Shown here piece after piece: positions 47,232 to 57,263 of a stretch of DNA of 64,000 bases. The stretch's first letter is position 1. The number at the start of each line of letters is the position of its first letter. A program made the position numbers and the translations under genes. The DNA lies in IMG/VR virus record IMGVR_UViG_3300028553_000005, positions 1 to 64,000 of that record; one strand, given 5' to 3'. The notes below the pieces were generated by a model, which saw nothing but the letters and a program-made list of their open reading frames with translations, was not told the DNA's origin and ran no database searches. The stretch is from an uncultured virus (IMG/VR IMGVR_UViG_3300028553_000005) (taxonomy: Duplodnaviria; Heunggongvirae; Uroviricota; Caudoviricetes).

Positions 47232-48715
47232 TTTTTTAGTCCTATTTTATATATTTTGAATGGGAACTTTTCTTCCGTGTAAATTTTAATTCGTTCAACA
47301 AAATGTTTTAATGTAAAATTTATGTGTTTCTTGTATCGTAAATCATCGGCAATATCATAGAGTGTTGCTCTTTCTTTTCCTTCAGCTTGTCGTAATCCTC
47401 TACCGATAGATTGCAGATTACGAATCCTTGACTTAGAAGGACTTGCAAAGATGATATTGTGTAGATTGCGAATGTTGATACCAGTGCTAAAAGTACCAAA
47501 AGATGCCACAACAATCGCATCATTTTCTATCTCCATTATTCTTCTTATTTCTTCTCTATCTGTTGTATCGGTGCCACCATGAACAAAGAAAACTTTTCGA
47601 TCACCAATCTTTTCGGTGTTCTTAATCATATCATATAGTATTTGACCATGTTTGTCAACCATTTGATACAATATCAATGTATTATTACCTAAGCTAACTG
47701 CAAGATTCTTAATAAATTTATTTCTATTTTCGTTTGCAATTAGATACTGTATTTCTTCTTGGTATGTTTTATCTTTTAATTGTAAACATATCTCATCATC
47801 GTGTTTTAAAACTAAACACTTAATTTCAAAATCTGAAACTTGCTGTTTATCAATTAACTCTCTTGTGGTAATTACTTTTTTGACTGAACCAAACAAACCT
47901 TCTAACACCAGTTTATGTGTTTTGGTACCATCTAATGTACCTGTAAGACCTATCCTATATTTAGCATTAACACAGGAGGTCAATATTGTGGTGAGTGATT
48001 GTGCTTTGAATAGATGTGCCTCATCACCAACGATATAATCAAATTGGTGAAAGTATTCTTTTGGAAGTTTATACAGAGATTGCCATGTAGAAATGGTAAG
48101 TGGCTTGTCGGTGTCTTTTTCTTTACCTTGGTAAATACGATGCACCTTGGTCATTTCACCATTGTTATAATCACCAAAGTCGGAGTATAATTGTTCAACC
48201 AAAGATGTGGTAGGAACAATGATAAGACCTTTGAGATTTTGATATTGATGTAATTGACGGAAGATTAGATAGATGATAAGAGATTTGCCAGATGCCGTTG
48301 GAGAAACCAACAACGCTCGGCGTTTTTGCATGGCATGAATGTATGCATCTAATTGATGTTCTCGTATTTCAATTGGTTCACCTCGAGCGTGAATATTCAA
48401 CTCTCCTATGAATTTCTTCGCATGATATACCGAGTATTCATCTTCAACGTCCGGCCTTGGATCACCATATTCAAACTCATATTCTCTTTCTCTACAAAAC
48501 TCCTCAATGTATGGTAATAAACCAAGATAGATTTGATTCGTTTGTAAATTAAACATACGAATTTTTCCATCCCAAACTCGATTGCGATACGCAGGAACAA
48601 ATTGATAACCAGGAACAAAAAAAGTAAAGAACTCTGATAATTCTTTTGTGATGTGTTTTTCACAAGTTATCTTGGCATAGACCTCATCTTTTTTTGATAT
48701 AATTAAATCACTCAT
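47228..48715 (-). CDS. uvsW: SF2 helicase
   Basis: SPTASGKS, DEAH, TGT and QSIGRGLR. Confidence 0.95.
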   Translation of the reverse strand: MSDLIISKKDEVYAKITCEKHITKELSEFFTFFVPGYQFVPAYRNRVWDGKIRMFNLQTNQIYLGLLPYIEEFCREREYEFEYGDPRPDVEDEYSVYHAKKFIGELNIHARGEPIEIREHQLDAYIHAMQKRRALLVSPTASGKSLIIYLIFRQLHQYQNLKGLIIVPTTSLVEQLYSDFGDYNNGEMTKVHRIYQGKEKDTDKPLTISTWQSLYKLPKEYFHQFDYIVGDEAHLFKAQSLTTILTSCVNAKYRIGLTGTLDGTKTHKLVLEGLFGSVKKVITTRELIDKQQVSDFEIKCLVLKHDDEICLQLKDKTYQEEIQYLIANENRNKFIKNLAVSLGNNTLILYQMVDKHGQILYDMIKNTEKIGDRKVFFVHGGTDTTDREEIRRIMEIENDAIVVASFGTFSTGINIRNLHNIIFASPSKSRIRNLQSIGRGLRQAEGKERATLYDIADDLRYKKHINFTLKHFVERIKIYTEEKFPFKIYKIGLKK

Positions 48716-49350
48716 TCTTTTTCATCAAACTTATAGAACCATGAATCAGGTGTACCAACACTCCACTTAGAAATGTTTTCTACTGAGTACACTTCTGTTG
48801 GTATTTTGAAATCAGGAGTTTTAACTACAGGTGGTACCAGTGATACGTCATACCACAGGCAACGATTGTTTGGTTGACAGGCAAATTGGCCGTTGTCTAA
48901 TTGAATAAAGTTGTATGATTTATGTTCTTGTACACCTTCCGAGAAACTGGTGTCAATACGATTAAAATCTGGTGCCGCAAAATCAATTGTAAAAAGGTAT
49001 TTACCAAAATGAAATGCTCGGTCTTTGCCAAAGTATTTTACTTTGAGGCCTCGTAGATTTGATTTTTCAATTACTGCCATGTCATATGATAGACAATCCC
49101 ATATCTGTAGATTATCTAATGGTAGATACTCATCTACAGGTTTCCAAACATATGCGGAGATAGGTAGTTTATCAAACAACGCACCGTAATCGGTTAGCAT
49201 ACACTCAATACGGAAGGCCTGACCTTTAATGGCCTTGGCAGTTATCCACACACAAGGTTCTAATTCACCATGACCTTTTTCGTGGTTGTAAAGAAACTCT
49301 TTACGCACAAAACATTTAACAGGTGGTATATTTGCAACTAGAAAAGACAT
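48712..49350 (-). CDS. Hypothetical phage protein
   Basis: Start MSFLVANIPP; DKLPISA, QIWDC and GQFACQPNNR. Confidence 0.65.
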   Translation of the reverse strand: MSFLVANIPPVKCFVRKEFLYNHEKGHGELEPCVWITAKAIKGQAFRIECMLTDYGALFDKLPISAYVWKPVDEYLPLDNLQIWDCLSYDMAVIEKSNLRGLKVKYFGKDRAFHFGKYLFTIDFAAPDFNRIDTSFSEGVQEHKSYNFIQLDNGQFACQPNNRCLWYDVSLVPPVVKTPDFKIPTEVYSVENISKWSVGTPDSWFYKFDEKE

Positions 49351-49784
49351 TACTGGCCTCCTATAAATTTTTCCCAAGAGATAAAATCTCTCAATTGCCA
49401 AGTTCTTTGTTTCAATTCATTCATAATAGATTCGATGACCGATACACATTCTTCGTGGTATACCTTCTTTTCTAACAACTTTATTAGGTCGGTATCTGCT
49501 TCGAGATAGGTACTGATGTCAGATTTAAGAGTGAATTGGAATGGTTCCCAACCGTATTCCTGAAGTTCCTCTTGGGACATCTTGCCTGTGTAGTATTCCC
49601 ACTTGATTTTTCTCATACGGAGATAATCAAAGTGTGCCTTTTTAGAGGCAATCTTGTGTTTTGTTAGTATGGAGAGGTACTTGTTGTGTAAGATTGGTAT
49701 TCGTAAAAGTTCTTTACCGGGTTCCGTTTGATCCATCTCAACGTCTTTTTCCCAAAACTTCAATACTTGTTCTAAATTTTCCAT
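49350..49784 (-). CDS. uvsY: Recombination mediator
   Basis: IPILHNKY, YYTGK, YLEADTD and W..F..G; T4-like synteny. Confidence 0.9.
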   Translation of the reverse strand: MENLEQVLKFWEKDVEMDQTEPGKELLRIPILHNKYLSILTKHKIASKKAHFDYLRMRKIKWEYYTGKMSQEELQEYGWEPFQFTLKSDISTYLEADTDLIKLLEKKVYHEECVSVIESIMNELKQRTWQLRDFISWEKFIGGQ

Positions 49785-49815
49785 AATAAAATCAAATAGT
49801 TAACTATAAAGTTAC

Positions 49816-49845
49816 ATTTTAACACAGCTTATGTTATTGTGTCAA
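49816..49845 (-). promoter_or_regulatory. sigma70 promoter
   Basis: TTGACA-18 nt-TAAAAT with TG extension, upstream of uvsY. Confidence 0.6.
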
Positions 49846-49852
49846 GCCGTTG

Positions 49853-50383
49853 TTATAGACTTACAAAATTAAAATAATCATATACAAACGTGGCATCACA
49901 TGTAATAATATCTTCAGCCGTCATTCTGGTATCAAACTGGATGTCTGATAGTGATACTGGAAATGCATTTATAAATTGAATTCGTACAATAGGATTGTTT
50001 AAAGCAGACAATACCGTTAGTATGGCATCAGAATAATATTTGGGTTTTTTACTACCAAACTTGGTCTGTTGATCTGATAACCTATTCCTTTCAGGAAAAC
50101 CCTCTGGAGATGCGATGGAACGGAACCACTCATGGATTTCTTTCCATGATACCACTGCAGCATCAACAGGAAAATTAACATTTAATTGGTTATATGTCAG
50201 TTTGTTTCCAGGTGCAAAAACATCCAACATAGGAGAAGTCATTTGTGCTTGCCCTAAACTCATTCCTGGTATGTTTACTGATTGACAGAAATACTGGCAG
50301 TTTGGTATACGGTCAAAAGTTAAGAGAAACTTTGACGGTTGTAGATAACCTGTATTTTCTGGAGTTCTGGTAATGGCACTCAT
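49853..50383 (-). CDS. gp3: Tail tube terminator/tail completion protein
   Basis: YFCQSVNIPG, SDAILTVL and FINAFPVSLS; synteny gp23-gp3-uvsY. Confidence 0.85.
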   Translation of the reverse strand: MSAITRTPENTGYLQPSKFLLTFDRIPNCQYFCQSVNIPGMSLGQAQMTSPMLDVFAPGNKLTYNQLNVNFPVDAAVVSWKEIHEWFRSIASPEGFPERNRLSDQQTKFGSKKPKYYSDAILTVLSALNNPIVRIQFINAFPVSLSDIQFDTRMTAEDIITCDATFVYDYFNFVSL

Positions 50384-50415
50384 TTATTGAAATAATCCTT
50401 TGAACATACAACTAT

Positions 50416-50835
50416 TTAGGTGTTTATTTTAACGCACTTCCAACCTTTGTTTTGTTTAATTATGCCTTGAGAAACTTTAACCATGTTTCCTTGGTCTAAT
50501 CCGTTTTCTCTGCAAAATTTTTGTAAATTTTTTATAATCTGTGATTCTCCTTTAGGATTAATTACTATCCATTCAGATGACAATTTTTCTGCCACAGATA
50601 TCTTTTGACTGTCTGGTTGTTTAAACCCTATACGACTAAGCCGTAATTTTTCTGGATCGTATTTGCCTTGTTTCCATCTTTCTTTTTGAATTTCACTAAG
50701 GTCTTTTTTTGTTTCTTCCATATGTGGAAATCCTATTCCGTACCTTCTTAATGAAGGATTGTGGTCATTAATATCAAACGGCATTGTTTTTAAAGTTTTA
50801 AACATTGGTAAAGAATTCCATGTAATTGATTGCAA
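50416..50835 (-). CDS. Homing-endonuclease-type DNA-binding fragment without nuclease domain
   Basis: HMEETKKDLS (NUMOD3-like) and NPKGE..IIKNLQKFCRENGL...KGWKC; start uncertain. Confidence 0.5.
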   Translation of the reverse strand: MQSITWNSLPMFKTLKTMPFDINDHNPSLRRYGIGFPHMEETKKDLSEIQKERWKQGKYDPEKLRLSRIGFKQPDSQKISVAEKLSSEWIVINPKGESQIIKNLQKFCRENGLDQGNMVKVSQGIIKQNKGWKCVKINT

Positions 50836-50860
50836 AAAGAAAGGGACCGAAGTCCCTTTC
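50834..50860 (-). terminator. gp23 terminator with UUCG tetraloop
   Basis: GAAAGGGAC-TTCG-GTCCCTTTC followed by a T run. Confidence 0.9.
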
Positions 50861-50891
50861 CAAATGTCCTTCTTAACGAGGACTCAATGCA

Positions 50892-52220
50892 TCACATTAG
50901 GTTTTTGACGCCAAACAAACGATAGTAAACGTTTGAACGCTCTGTCAAAGCACCATTGCCTACCAAAGAACCCTTGGCGAATGGGTTGGCTACCATTCCG
51001 TAACGAGTTTTGAAACCAATCTTTGGTTGGAATGTGAACTGGTCTACAGCACGAACCATCTGTAATGGAACGTATGGGCAATAGAACAATCCAGCATCGT
51101 ATGGGCTAGAACCTTTGTAACCGATGGTTACTAGTTCTTGGTTGCTTGTGTATCCACCAAAGTATGGGTCGATGTAAACCTTGATACGACCATGGAGGAG
51201 ACCAGCAAATGTATTGCCTGTGTCATCTACTTGCAAATCAGCAGACAAAGCAGGAGTATATTGCAATACACCAGCCATTGCCATAGCGGAAGCAACGTCA
51301 GAAGAAACGATCAATACGTTACCTTTTCCACGGCGAGTCTGCTTAGCAATTACGTTAGCATCACGCTCAATTTGGAAAATGAGGCCCTTGAAACGCTCAA
51401 CAGACCAACGGCCGTTGGAATCTGTATCGAGGTCAAAGAAACCAGCAGTTGTTGTACCATACTGAGCACCGGCAACGGCAGTCGTGTAAATGGTACGAAT
51501 AACTTCACGGTTGATCTCAGCAAGGATTTCTGTAGACAGAATGTTAGACAATTCTGTTTCAGCATCAAGACCATGAATCGCTTTTAAGTCTTGTGCAAGT
51601 TCTAAAGAATACTCAGCTTTCAAGGCACGGCTTTGAGCTGTTACAGTTACTTTCTCGATAGAGAATGCCATTTGCTGGAAAGCATTAGCAGGACTATCAG
51701 AACCCAAAATTTCAGCGTTAGCTGTTGGCATTGCAATACCAGAGGTAGTTGTCAATGATGCTGGATTTTGGAATGTGTTAGCTGTATCTTGTGCTGTTGT
51801 ACCTTGGAAACCGTATGGGTTTGTTGCAGATACAGAACCAGAGAACTGTGTATTTGGCTCATTGAAGAAAGCCTCAGTACCGTCTTGTGTACTGTAACGA
51901 GCACGCATTGCAAAAATCAAACCGGTAGGACCTGTCATTGGTTGAACACCAGCAACGTCATAAGCGATTAGATTTGGCAGAGCACGGCGTACCAAGCTGA
52001 TCAAAATTGGATCAAAGTTCTGAATTGCATTGCCAGTAGCATTCTCTGGACCTGTTACAGTAACTTCGTTTAGGGCCATACGGTCTTGCGACATAGCTTG
52101 TTGTTGGTTCTCTAATACGAGAGCTGTAACAGCACGCTTGTATGGGTCTTTAATGGCTTCAAGTTCTGGATGCTCCAAAACTGGTGTCCATTTTTTTTGT
52201 AGTTCTTCAGTCATATACAT
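50892..52220 (-). CDS. gp23: Major capsid protein
   Basis: GVQPMTGPTGLIFAMR, SRALKAEY, AEINRE and QPKIGFKTRYG. Confidence 0.97.
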   Translation of the reverse strand: MYMTEELQKKWTPVLEHPELEAIKDPYKRAVTALVLENQQQAMSQDRMALNEVTVTGPENATGNAIQNFDPILISLVRRALPNLIAYDVAGVQPMTGPTGLIFAMRARYSTQDGTEAFFNEPNTQFSGSVSATNPYGFQGTTAQDTANTFQNPASLTTTSGIAMPTANAEILGSDSPANAFQQMAFSIEKVTVTAQSRALKAEYSLELAQDLKAIHGLDAETELSNILSTEILAEINREVIRTIYTTAVAGAQYGTTTAGFFDLDTDSNGRWSVERFKGLIFQIERDANVIAKQTRRGKGNVLIVSSDVASAMAMAGVLQYTPALSADLQVDDTGNTFAGLLHGRIKVYIDPYFGGYTSNQELVTIGYKGSSPYDAGLFYCPYVPLQMVRAVDQFTFQPKIGFKTRYGMVANPFAKGSLVGNGALTERSNVYYRLFGVKNLM

Positions 52221-52251
52221 TTTTTGTTTTCCTTTTGTTGTATATTTGTTA

Positions 52252-53442
52252 TTATTTGTTTACAGTTTGTGAAATTGCTTTTGAGTAAACTTCCATCAAA
52301 GGATCGGAAGATTTTACAACCTTCTTTTCTTCTTCAATATCGACTTCATCATCTAGAGCGGAATTGTCTGCTACTTTAACTTCCGTTTTAAAATATGATT
52401 CTTTTAAAGTGGATAGTTTTTCGACAAACTCTCCCTCAGTAGTAAATTCCACACCCTCTGCGAGTGATTTTAATTTTTCTACTTGGGTCTGCGTCAGGCC
52501 TTCACACGCTGTGTAGATAGCCTCAATTTTTTTCTGTTCGTTTAATTCTTTTTTAAGTTCGATACCATGAGTAATCTGCTCATTTAAAGAAGCCTCAAGT
52601 TCTTCAACTCGTGTTGTGAGTTCTTCAACAACGTCTACCTTGTCGGCAGGAATGTCGATGTAATGCTCAATGAATAGATTGCGTAAACCGCCAATGAAAT
52701 CTTCAACAATCTCAGCACGTAGGCCTTTCTCGATTGCAATTTCATTTTCTTTCATCCATTGCTCAACAACATAGTTTAGGTAATCGTCAACTTTAGTTGC
52801 CAAATCTTCTTTAACTTCTTCAATGGCACTTTCAAATTGCTCAAGTAACTCGGCTTCAGCTTCAGCAATAACTTCTTCTGCACGTGCAACAACGGCAGCT
52901 TCAAATATTGTGGCAGCTTTTTGTACGAATTCTTCAGAAAGATTTTCGCCAGACATTAAAGCGTCAATATCTTCCTTCATTTTTTCTTTGTTAATCATTT
53001 TTTTGATCATGGCTTTATCTTGTTTTTCATCATCATGGCCTTCTTCTTTTTCAGCTTCAGCAATAACTTCTTCTTCAGCTTCAGTTTCTTCGCCATAAGA
53101 CTGGAATGTGGCACCAGGATTTTTAGCAAACTTCTGTGAAGCAGCTTTGCCTTCTGGTTGCTCATTAGAACCTTGCTCTTGTGGTTGCTTTGCCAACTTC
53201 TTCATTGGCTCAGAACCTACAGGAGGTGTGGCACCAGGAGCGGTTGCTGTTGGAGCACCCTTAGTTGCATCTGGACCAGCATCGGTTGTTTTAGTAACTT
53301 CTGTACCAATGTCGCCAGCTTCTTTTGTGCCGTAAGCAACATCGCCAGTTAATTTTTGTGGTTTATCTTGGCCAGACTTTTTGCTTGTTACAGATGCAGA
53401 AAGTATTTCTTTAGCGGCTTCAGACAGATTAAATTTTGCCAT
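52252..53442 (-). CDS. gp22: Prohead core scaffold protein
   Basis: LSEEF..KAATIFEAAV and VDDYLNYVVEQW; acidic coiled coil. Confidence 0.92.
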   Translation of the reverse strand: MAKFNLSEAAKEILSASVTSKKSGQDKPQKLTGDVAYGTKEAGDIGTEVTKTTDAGPDATKGAPTATAPGATPPVGSEPMKKLAKQPQEQGSNEQPEGKAASQKFAKNPGATFQSYGEETEAEEEVIAEAEKEEGHDDEKQDKAMIKKMINKEKMKEDIDALMSGENLSEEFVQKAATIFEAAVVARAEEVIAEAEAELLEQFESAIEEVKEDLATKVDDYLNYVVEQWMKENEIAIEKGLRAEIVEDFIGGLRNLFIEHYIDIPADKVDVVEELTTRVEELEASLNEQITHGIELKKELNEQKKIEAIYTACEGLTQTQVEKLKSLAEGVEFTTEGEFVEKLSTLKESYFKTEVKVADNSALDDEVDIEEEKKVVKSSDPLMEVYSKAISQTVNK

Positions 53443-53470
53443 TTTGAAAATCTCCTTGATTTATATTGGA

Positions 53471-53478
53471 TATTTATA
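53471..53478 (-). promoter_or_regulatory. T4-type late promoter TATAAATA
   Basis: Exact consensus upstream of gp22. Confidence 0.8.
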
Positions 53479-53479
53479 T

Positions 53480-54124
53480 TTAAAGTTTTTTCATGAAGTT
53501 CTCAAAAATGCGTAGACTTACTTCTTCGATTTCCTTACTCGTTGCCTTCCTAATTTCATTGACGGCTTGAGTGTATTCGACTTCGGTCCAAACACCGTTG
53601 ACTAACATCCATTCTTTACCTTCCATAATGCCTTGAACAAATGCTCCAGGCGCAGAAGGATCTGCTACTATATCTGCCGCTGTGGCTAGATAAAAATCGG
53701 GCTGAACGACATTAACTCCATTGACATTCTTTAGTGAGCCCATGCCCCGTGAAGATACACCTAATTGAGCACCGCCTTCAATAAGACTTTTGGCGATATT
53801 ACCCATAGGAGTATCTAAAATTTTTGCTTTACCAATCCATTGGTTACCATCTTCTTTTAAAGATGTAATCATGTGTGAAACTCGGTCTAAGTTAATAGAT
53901 GGAGATTCTGGATGACCTAGTTCACCAAAAGCACGGTGTTTGTTAATATATTCTTCCGTGTATCTGGAAACTTCTTTTTTCATGGTGTTATACTCATACA
54001 GACGACCATTACGATTTTTCTTCTCAGCAACCAGGAACGGTCCTTCTATATGTAAAGACTTTTTACCATTAGAATCTTCTACAAGATAACTAACAGTTTC
54101 GGTTATTTCTTTGATTAATTTCAT
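53480..54124 (-). CDS. gp21: Prohead protease
   Basis: NRNGRLY, GELGHP, GVSSRGMGS and DIVADPS. Confidence 0.95.
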   Translation of the reverse strand: MKLIKEITETVSYLVEDSNGKKSLHIEGPFLVAEKKNRNGRLYEYNTMKKEVSRYTEEYINKHRAFGELGHPESPSINLDRVSHMITSLKEDGNQWIGKAKILDTPMGNIAKSLIEGGAQLGVSSRGMGSLKNVNGVNVVQPDFYLATAADIVADPSAPGAFVQGIMEGKEWMLVNGVWTEVEYTQAVNEIRKATSKEIEEVSLRIFENFMKKL

Positions 54125-54558
54125 AATCCGTATGTTCCTCTTCTTCTGAGTGATATCCTTCTTTTTCTTAAAGACTGGCTCATTTTAGCCCGTCTTTTAA
54201 ACTTAGCTCTTCTGGCTGCCATTTTACGATGTCTGCGTTCCATGGGTGACATTCGAATCATTTTCCCACCACGAATCGTAAAACCAGGTACAGCAGATAA
54301 CTTTTTACGTCTTTGTACTTTACCAGCACGAATACGGATCCGAACCATTTTGGTTCTACCCATTTTCATTATATTGCCTTCAGCAATATTTTCTATTTCA
54401 AAATCTACTTCAACACCACAATCTTCAAACATTTCTGCCGCCATGCGGAGTTTTATTTGGTTGATTTTGTTTTCAATCAACTTTTTTAATTTTTCATCTA
54501 AAACGTTTTTTGCTTCTAAAACATTATTAGAAAGAAGTTTTGAAACAAACTCACTCAT
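54121..54558 (-). CDS. Prohead core protein (gp68-like)
   Basis: Very Arg/Lys-rich C-terminus; directly upstream of gp21. Confidence 0.6.
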   Translation of the reverse strand: MSEFVSKLLSNNVLEAKNVLDEKLKKLIENKINQIKLRMAAEMFEDCGVEVDFEIENIAEGNIMKMGRTKMVRIRIRAGKVQRRKKLSAVPGFTIRGGKMIRMSPMERRHRKMAARRAKFKRRAKMSQSLRKRRISLRRRGTYGL

Positions 54559-55088
54559 TATGGAGCAGGTCTTAAAGAATAACTACCAAAGTTAAATGCA
54601 GCCGGATCATTAAACTGACCACGCTGATAGTATTCATTATGTTTACGAATATCTAATATAATTGTATATGCACCATTTGCTGCCATACCTTTTGTAGATA
54701 TGCCAATGTTTCCATTACATCCTGCAGCACCTTCGGCATTATTTGGAATAGTAGGCCAGTTTGATGCACCATCATACTCAGCACTACCAATAACATTACA
54801 AATAGGTAAAGATGTTGAGGCGGTCCATTGTAACTGAACTAGTGCTCCTGCAGAAACAGTATACCACATACGGTTTACCGATAATCCATAAAATGATTTT
54901 GCTGTATTACTTTGACTTAAAGCCGAACGCAAAGGAACATTGTTTGCATCAAGTGCACCATATAAAGTGTTTGCTTGAATTCGAGCAGTATTATCTTCTT
55001 GGCCCGAACCATCAAAATTACCAGTAAGTTTAATCACTGCACTTTCTGTAGTATCTTTTATTACTTGATATGTAAATGAATTTGGCAT
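54558..55088 (-). CDS. Hypothetical virion-associated protein
   Basis: 176 aa beta-rich ORF inside the head operon. Confidence 0.55.
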   Translation of the reverse strand: MPNSFTYQVIKDTTESAVIKLTGNFDGSGQEDNTARIQANTLYGALDANNVPLRSALSQSNTAKSFYGLSVNRMWYTVSAGALVQLQWTASTSLPICNVIGSAEYDGASNWPTIPNNAEGAAGCNGNIGISTKGMAANGAYTIILDIRKHNEYYQRGQFNDPAAFNFGSYSLRPAP

Positions 55089-55091
55089 TTT

Positions 55092-55313
55092 TTATTCCTG
55101 TTTAAATTCTTCTGGTATTGTTAATGACCATTGTGATGCGTTATATGGTATGGTAATGTATTTATTAATTTTATCCACATAATAAAGAGCCACTCTTTGT
55201 CCATCACCAAACTGTCGAATTGACTGTCTTTTCATAAGCATAACCGCTGGCGGATCTGCCGGCAGTTTTGCCTCGTCAATTTGATGGTTACGAAACTCTT
55301 TAAGTGTTTTCAC
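55092..55313 (-). CDS. Small head-operon protein with CTS-like N-terminus
   Basis: GTG start after AGGA: MKTLKEFRNHQIDE..DPPAVMLMKRQSIRQF. Confidence 0.6.
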   Translation of the reverse strand: MKTLKEFRNHQIDEAKLPADPPAVMLMKRQSIRQFGDGQRVALYYVDKINKYITIPYNASQWSLTIPEEFKQE

Positions 55314-55527
55314 TTGCCGTTTCCTGTGTTTCTGGTACACCGATAGCAACATCTTGTGCTGTTGCTTCAGATGGTTCATTATTCTGTGCTATTAAATTCT
55401 GTGCAATTTCTTGCTTTTTGGCTTCTATATGAGCCGTTACCTTATCATGTATTGATGCATACAAGGCATCTTTAAATGCAACACCATTATCTTGGTAAGC
55501 ATAATCAATAATTTGTTTCGTATCCAT
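55300..55527 (-). CDS. Prohead core protein (gp67-like)
   Basis: Small acidic ORF after the portal gene; GGAG RBS and late promoter upstream. Confidence 0.6.
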   Translation of the reverse strand: MDTKQIIDYAYQDNGVAFKDALYASIHDKVTAHIEAKKQEIAQNLIAQNNEPSEATAQDVAIGVPETQETASENT

Positions 55528-55545
55528 TTGTTTTTTCTCCAAAAA

Positions 55546-55553
55546 TATTTATA
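55546..55553 (-). promoter_or_regulatory. T4-type late promoter TATAAATA
   Basis: Exact consensus overlapping the gp20 stop. Confidence 0.75.
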
Positions 55554-57195
55554 ATATTCGCTTCAATTTAGTTATGATATTGACTTCTTCTTGTTGTTTT
55601 TTGGTATCTGCCTGTGCTTCTAAATCATCAGGATGAGTTGGTTGTTGTGGTACATTAGACATCATCTGTGCTTGTGCCACATCATTCGTAACACCAACAG
55701 GCAGTCCAAGACCAGCTTCTTTTTCTTCGTCCATCTCAACCTGCATTTCTTTAATCTCATCATCTGTTAAACGCAACACATTTCTTTGAATCCAAGATTG
55801 TGAAAAATAACGACCCGTGTAGGGATCAACTGATCCTAACAATGAAAGTCGCTCTTTCATTAATTCAGCATCTTTAAGTTCTGTAAAGTTGTTGTCTTTA
55901 ATAAAGTCATAATGAATGTGTTCTTTAAATGATTCCCATTCCTCTGCTGTACAAATGCCTTTTAATACACATTGTACTCGCATTGCTTGGTCAAACAAAT
56001 CAGAAAACTTATTACGTAACCGATCAACAAACTTAGAAAATTTAAGTTCGTCACGAGTAACTTCGGCTACTCGGCCAAGAGAAAACCCTTGATTTGGTTC
56101 TAATCGAGAGATTGGAACGTTTAAAGCCTTGTAAAGTTTCTTTTCAAAATACTTTACATCTTCTAATTCACCTAGATTTTGACCTCCAGGTAATGTTGTA
56201 ATCTCTGTGCCTTTACCACCTTCACGGCGTGGTAACCAAAAATCTTCCATCATTGATAAGAACTTACGGTCATCACGAATCTCGCCTGTGTTGGCATCAT
56301 AGACCAGTTTGTTTTTATATTTGACCATAATATCACGGAGGTATTGTTCCGCTTTTAACTTAGGCAGATTACCTACATCAATATAAAATATTCTACGCTC
56401 AGGTGCACGTGAGATACGATAGATAACTGTGGCATCTTCAATCATACGTAACTGATTTAATGGTTTAATTGCTTTGTGTAGATAAGATAACACAACAGCC
56501 CGGCGAGAATCCATCAATCCAGACACAACAGAAACAATAGAATCGGTTGTAATACGAACACCAACTGGTCCAAAGTTTGAAGAAGCACCTGTAGTAACTT
56601 TGTCATTGAATATATAATATTCGTTGATTACTTTCATCACTTCAACACCGGTTCTTGGATCTTTTTCTTTCTTCATCTCACGAATTTTTCTTAACTTTCG
56701 TGGATCAATATATCGTAATTCTTTAATACCTTCCATTGGTTTGGCTTTATCAACAATAAGATGATAAAATAGACGACCATCTACATAGTATCTGCGGAAG
56801 ATATCTTGTGCCATGTTCTTATAATTTAACAGGCGCATGATTGTTTCAAATTCAGCTTTAATGGCAGATTTGATTTTTTCTGGTTGTTTTAAATCATCTA
56901 AAACCAATTTAATAATTTGGCCATCATCATCTTGACAAATGGCTTCTCCTACGATATCATCAAGTGCAGACTCAATTTCTGGCTGCATTGACATTTCACG
57001 ATAACGAGAAATTAATTCAACATCATTTTTTGCTGTGCCGTCTAGATCAACATATGTACCATAATATGCGGCAGAAGTAATAGTAAGAGCACCGTCCTCG
57101 TTTGCTGGAGGCGTGAAAGATTGTTGCACTTCTTGGAATTGTTCTTCCTTATTTCGTGCTATTGTAAAGCCAAAAAGTGAGAATTTATTTGCCAT
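55549..57195 (-). CDS. gp20: Portal protein
   Basis: YVDGR, RAPERRIFYIDVGN and EDFWLPRREGGKGTEI. Confidence 0.97.
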   Translation of the reverse strand: MANKFSLFGFTIARNKEEQFQEVQQSFTPPANEDGALTITSAAYYGTYVDLDGTAKNDVELISRYREMSMQPEIESALDDIVGEAICQDDDGQIIKLVLDDLKQPEKIKSAIKAEFETIMRLLNYKNMAQDIFRRYYVDGRLFYHLIVDKAKPMEGIKELRYIDPRKLRKIREMKKEKDPRTGVEVMKVINEYYIFNDKVTTGASSNFGPVGVRITTDSIVSVVSGLMDSRRAVVLSYLHKAIKPLNQLRMIEDATVIYRISRAPERRIFYIDVGNLPKLKAEQYLRDIMVKYKNKLVYDANTGEIRDDRKFLSMMEDFWLPRREGGKGTEITTLPGGQNLGELEDVKYFEKKLYKALNVPISRLEPNQGFSLGRVAEVTRDELKFSKFVDRLRNKFSDLFDQAMRVQCVLKGICTAEEWESFKEHIHYDFIKDNNFTELKDAELMKERLSLLGSVDPYTGRYFSQSWIQRNVLRLTDDEIKEMQVEMDEEKEAGLGLPVGVTNDVAQAQMMSNVPQQPTHPDDLEAQADTKKQQEEVNIITKLKRIL

Positions 57196-57226
57196 AGTAT
57201 TTTATTCCAATTCAAAAAAACATGAT

Positions 57227-57248
57227 GGAGAGAACCAAAATTCTCTCC
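57227..57248 (-). terminator. Hairpin/terminator after gp19
   Basis: GGAGAGAA-TTTTGG-TTCTCTCC; T run a few nt downstream. Confidence 0.55.
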
Positions 57249-57263
57249 GTATAATAATGTATA

